Shown here piece by piece: positions 28,105 to 30,656 of a DNA stretch of 30,656 bases. The notes under the pieces are model-generated. The model was not told the origin of the DNA. It worked only from the letters and a program-made list of their open reading frames with translations, and ran no database searches. The stretch's first letter is position 1. Each line of letters starts with the position of its first letter. Where the stretch lies: contig RQSC01000005.1 in NCBI GenBank assembly GCA_013416795.1, forward strand, positions 232,536-263,191, in the 5' to 3' direction. Origin of the DNA: Prasinococcaceae sp. CCMP 1430 (taxonomy: Eukaryota > Plantae > Prasinodermophyta). The translations under genes were made by a program, and so were the position numbers.

Positions 28105-30456
28105 CTATCGCCACCGCCTGGCAGCCGCCATCTCCGCCTCGCGGATGGCGCTCTCCTCGGCGAGCTCCTCCTCGAGGTCGGCCACCCTTCCAGTCAGGCG
28201 TTCGACGCTCGCCTCGGCCTTGCTGAGCGCGTGGTCCTTGGCGAGCAGCAGCCCCTGCAGGCGCTTGAGCGCGCGCGCCGGCGGCGTGCCGCTCTCGCCC
28301 GGCATCGCGCTCGCGGCCGCAGAGCCCACGCGCACCACGTCCCGGAGAGTCAGCGCGGCCTCGAGCCTCGCCTCCTCGCCGTCGGATGCGCCGCCCGCGG
28401 CGCGATCGTCGCCTTGCCGCTGCGCCTCGGCCTCGGCCTCGATCGCGCCCTCCGTCTCGCTCACGCACACCCGCACGGCCTGCTCCTGCACCCACATGCG
28501 CACGCGCACGTCCCCATCCTGCGGCCGCTCGAGCGCCGCATCCCGCGGCCGCTCGAGCGCCTCCTCGCGCGCCGCGAGCCCGCGCTCGCGCTCCTCCAGG
28601 GCCTCGGCGCGGCGCTGCAGCTCCTCGTAGCCCTGCTTGAGCGCCTCGTCCTTGGCCGCGAGGCGCTCGTCGGCGACGGCCGCATCGGCGCGCGCGGCGC
28701 GCAGCGATTGCACCTCCTGCCGCCGCGCCGCGAGCTCCTCCTCCGCGGCGGCAGCGCGCTGCTTGGCCGCCGCGGCCTCGCCCTCGGCGACGGCGAGCTT
28801 GCCGCCGTCGACAGCCGCAGCCGTGAGCGCCGCCTGCATGCGCTGCATCCCCTTGGCCGACGCCGCCAGCTGGGCGCTCGCCGCCTGGGNNNNNNNNNNN
28901 NNNNNNNNNNNNNNNNNNNNNNNNNNNNNNNNNNNNNNNNNNNNNNNNNNNNNNNNNNNNNNNNNNNNNNNNNNNNNNNNNNNNNNNNNNNNNNNNNNNN
29001 NNNNNNNNNNNNNNNNNNNNNNNNNNNNNNNNNNNNNNNNNNNNNNNNNNNNNNNNNNNNNNNNNNNNNNNNNNNNNNNNNNNNNNNNNNNNNNNNNNNN
29101 NNNNNNNNNNNNNNNNNNNNNNNNNNNNNNNNNNNNNNNNNNNNNNNNNNNNNNNNNNNNNNNNNNNNNNNNNNNNNNNNNNNNNNNNNNNNNNNNNNNN
29201 NNNNNNNNNNNNNNNNNNNNNNNNNNNNNNNNNNNNNNNNNNNNNNNNNNNNNNNNNNNNNNNNNNNNNNNNNNNNNNNNNNNNNNNNNNNNNNNNNNNN
29301 NNNNNNNNNNNNNNNNNNNNNNNNNNNNNNNNNNNNNNNNNNNNNNNNNNNNNNNNNNNNNNNNNNNNNNNNNNNNNNNNNNNNNNNNNNNNNNNNNNNN
29401 NNNNNNNNNNNNNNNNNNNNNNNNNNNNNNNNNNNNNNNNNNNNNNNNNNNNNNNNNNNNNNNNNNNNNNNNNNNNNNNNNNNNNNNTGCCGAGGCGGCG
29501 CGGGCGAGCGCCCCGCCGCGCTCCTCGGCGAGGCGCTGGACCTCGGCGGCCGCCGTGGCCCACTGCATGACGCGCGTCTCGGCGCGGCGGCGGCCGGCCT
29601 CGGCGACGGCCAGCCTGTTTGCCACCACGGCCGCGTCCGCGGAGCAGAGGCCCATCGCCTCGAGGGACGCGGCCAGTTGGGCGGGGTCGTCGCCCGAGGG
29701 GTGGGCGTCGTCCGAGCGGCCCGCGGGGAGCGAGGCGCCGCCGTCGCTCGCGTCGTCCGAGTCCGAGACCGCGTCGCGCGCGACGAGAGCGCGCGCATCG
29801 AGCTCCGCGGCGTCCGACGCGCCCTCGCGGGCGCGCTGCTGCCCGTCTTGGTCCTGGTCCTGGCCGTGGCTCTGGCGCTGGCGCTGGCTCTGGCGCCGCA
29901 GCCGCCGCAGCGGCGTGCTCTTCACCGTGACCTCGTCCTCGCCCGCGTCCTCTTCGCAGGCCGAGCCCACGGCGTCGCCCGGGACGGCGATCGTCCGGGC
30001 TGGCGGCGCCCTCGGCGGCAGGCGCGCGCCGCTCCGCTTGGACGCGCGGCGCAGCGCCCTGGTGGCCGCATCCCACTCGTCCTCGGTCTCGCCCTCGGAG
30101 GCCGCGTCGCGGGCCTCGCGGCGCGCGCGCGGCCTCGGCGCCTCGGCGTCGACCGCGTCGAATGCGGGGTTGGCGAAGACGTGCGCGGAGCTCGCCACGG
30201 ACGAGGGCACCCAGGGCGGCGGGGAGTCCATGAGGGCGGTGACACGCCTGCGCGCGAGCGCGCGCGGCGGCGGCGCGCCGCCCAAGTCCCCCGCGCCGGG
30301 CGCAGCCTTGGCCGCCTTGGCCACCTTGGCGGCGGAGGAGGCCTTCTCGCTCGGCGCGTCCTCCCAGCAGCCGGTTGTGAGCAATAGATTGCTCGGCGCG
30401 TCGCCCCTGTAGGGCACGGGGTCCATGTACGGGCTTCTCCCCGAGATGAGTGCCAT
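28105..30456 (-). CDS. Coiled-coil protein with disordered N-terminus; interrupted by gap 28890-29487
   Basis: ATG at 30456 and an open frame on both sides of the gap. E/A/R/L heptad-rich segments include ERLAAKDEALKQGYEELQRRAEALEERERGL and ALSKAEASVERLTGRVADLEEELAEE. Confidence 0.7.
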   Translation of the reverse strand: MALISGRSPYMDPVPYRGDAPSNLLLTTGCWEDAPSEKASSAAKVAKAAKAAPGAGDLGGAPPPRALARRRVTALMDSPPPWVPSSVASSAHVFANPAFDAVDAEAPRPRARREARDAASEGETEDEWDAATRALRRASKRSGARLPPRAPPARTIAVPGDAVGSACEEDAGEDEVTVKSTPLRRLRRQSQRQRQSHGQDQDQDGQQRAREGASDAAELDARALVARDAVSDSDDASDGGASLPAGRSDDAHPSGDDPAQLAASLEAMGLCSADAAVVANRLAVAEAGRRRAETRVMQWATAAAEVQRLAEERGGALARAASAXXXXXXXXXXXXXXXXXXXXXXXXXXXXXXXXXXXXXXXXXXXXXXXXXXXXXXXXXXXXXXXXXXXXXXXXXXXXXXXXXXXXXXXXXXXXXXXXXXXXXXXXXXXXXXXXXXXXXXXXXXXXXXXXXXXXXXXXXXXXXXXXXXXXXXXXXXXXXXXXXXXXXXXXXXXXXXXXXXXXXXXXXXXXXXXXXXXXXXXXQAASAQLAASAKGMQRMQAALTAAAVDGGKLAVAEGEAAAAKQRAAAAEEELAARRQEVQSLRAARADAAVADERLAAKDEALKQGYEELQRRAEALEERERGLAAREEALERPRDAALERPQDGDVRVRMWVQEQAVRVCVSETEGAIEAEAEAQRQGDDRAAGGASDGEEARLEAALTLRDVVRVGSAAASAMPGESGTPPARALKRLQGLLLAKDHALSKAEASVERLTGRVADLEEELAEESAIREAEMAAARRWR
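28890..29487. other. Assembly gap
   Basis: Run of N. Confidence 1.
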
Positions 30457-30656
30457 TGTGCTTATTGCGCCTCCCTGTGTCTCTTTCTCTCTCTCTCTTC
30501 GAGGGCGCGCCGGAGCTTCACTCCCTCCCTTCCTCCGGCGGGAGGTGCGCCAGCCCAGGTTTGGCAGCGCCGAGGGGAGGCGCGGGGCGGCGCGCGCGCC
30601 CCGTCCGCGTCCGCCGGGATCGGGCGCGGCGCGCGCTGTGGTGCGCGCTGTGGCGG

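Noticed and set aside
29850-29900. Short 6-bp tandem repeats
   Set aside because: They simply encode a low-complexity QSQRQRQS/QDQDQD segment of the coiled-coil gene.

Overview
Gene-dense, very GC-rich eukaryotic nuclear DNA with five N-gaps. Spliceosomal introns (GT[G/A]CG...CTGAC...CAG, rich in (GC)n), AAACCCT telo-boxes and plastid/mitochondrial enzymes (FAD4, cyanobacterial-type MurA, type II DHQ synthase, NAD-malic enzyme) point to a green alga, probably prasinophyte-grade. This is an inference; the species cannot be determined here. Protein genes in order: DHQ synthase II (+), a large NT-C2/coiled-coil protein (+), WD40 (-), FAD4 (+), NAD-ME (-), DUF1640/CCDC90 (+), WD40 (+), murA (-), a fragment with near-identical WD40 repeats (+), a hypothetical protein (-), DUF1826 (+) and a coiled-coil protein (-). 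The standout is in the AT-richer island at 15.0-16.5 kb, which the ORF track hides: a nuclear tRNA-His(GUG) gene (15997-16136) split by three introns (D-loop 14/15, anticodon 37/38, T-loop 59/60), each with an archaeal-type bulge-helix-bulge-like junction. Removing them gives a 72-nt cloverleaf with fully paired stems. Two more tRNA-His-derived remnants lie at about 16321-16378 and 23413-23464, and the two AT-rich islands carrying them share a 15-bp exact motif. All family assignments come from my recognition of motifs, not from database searches.
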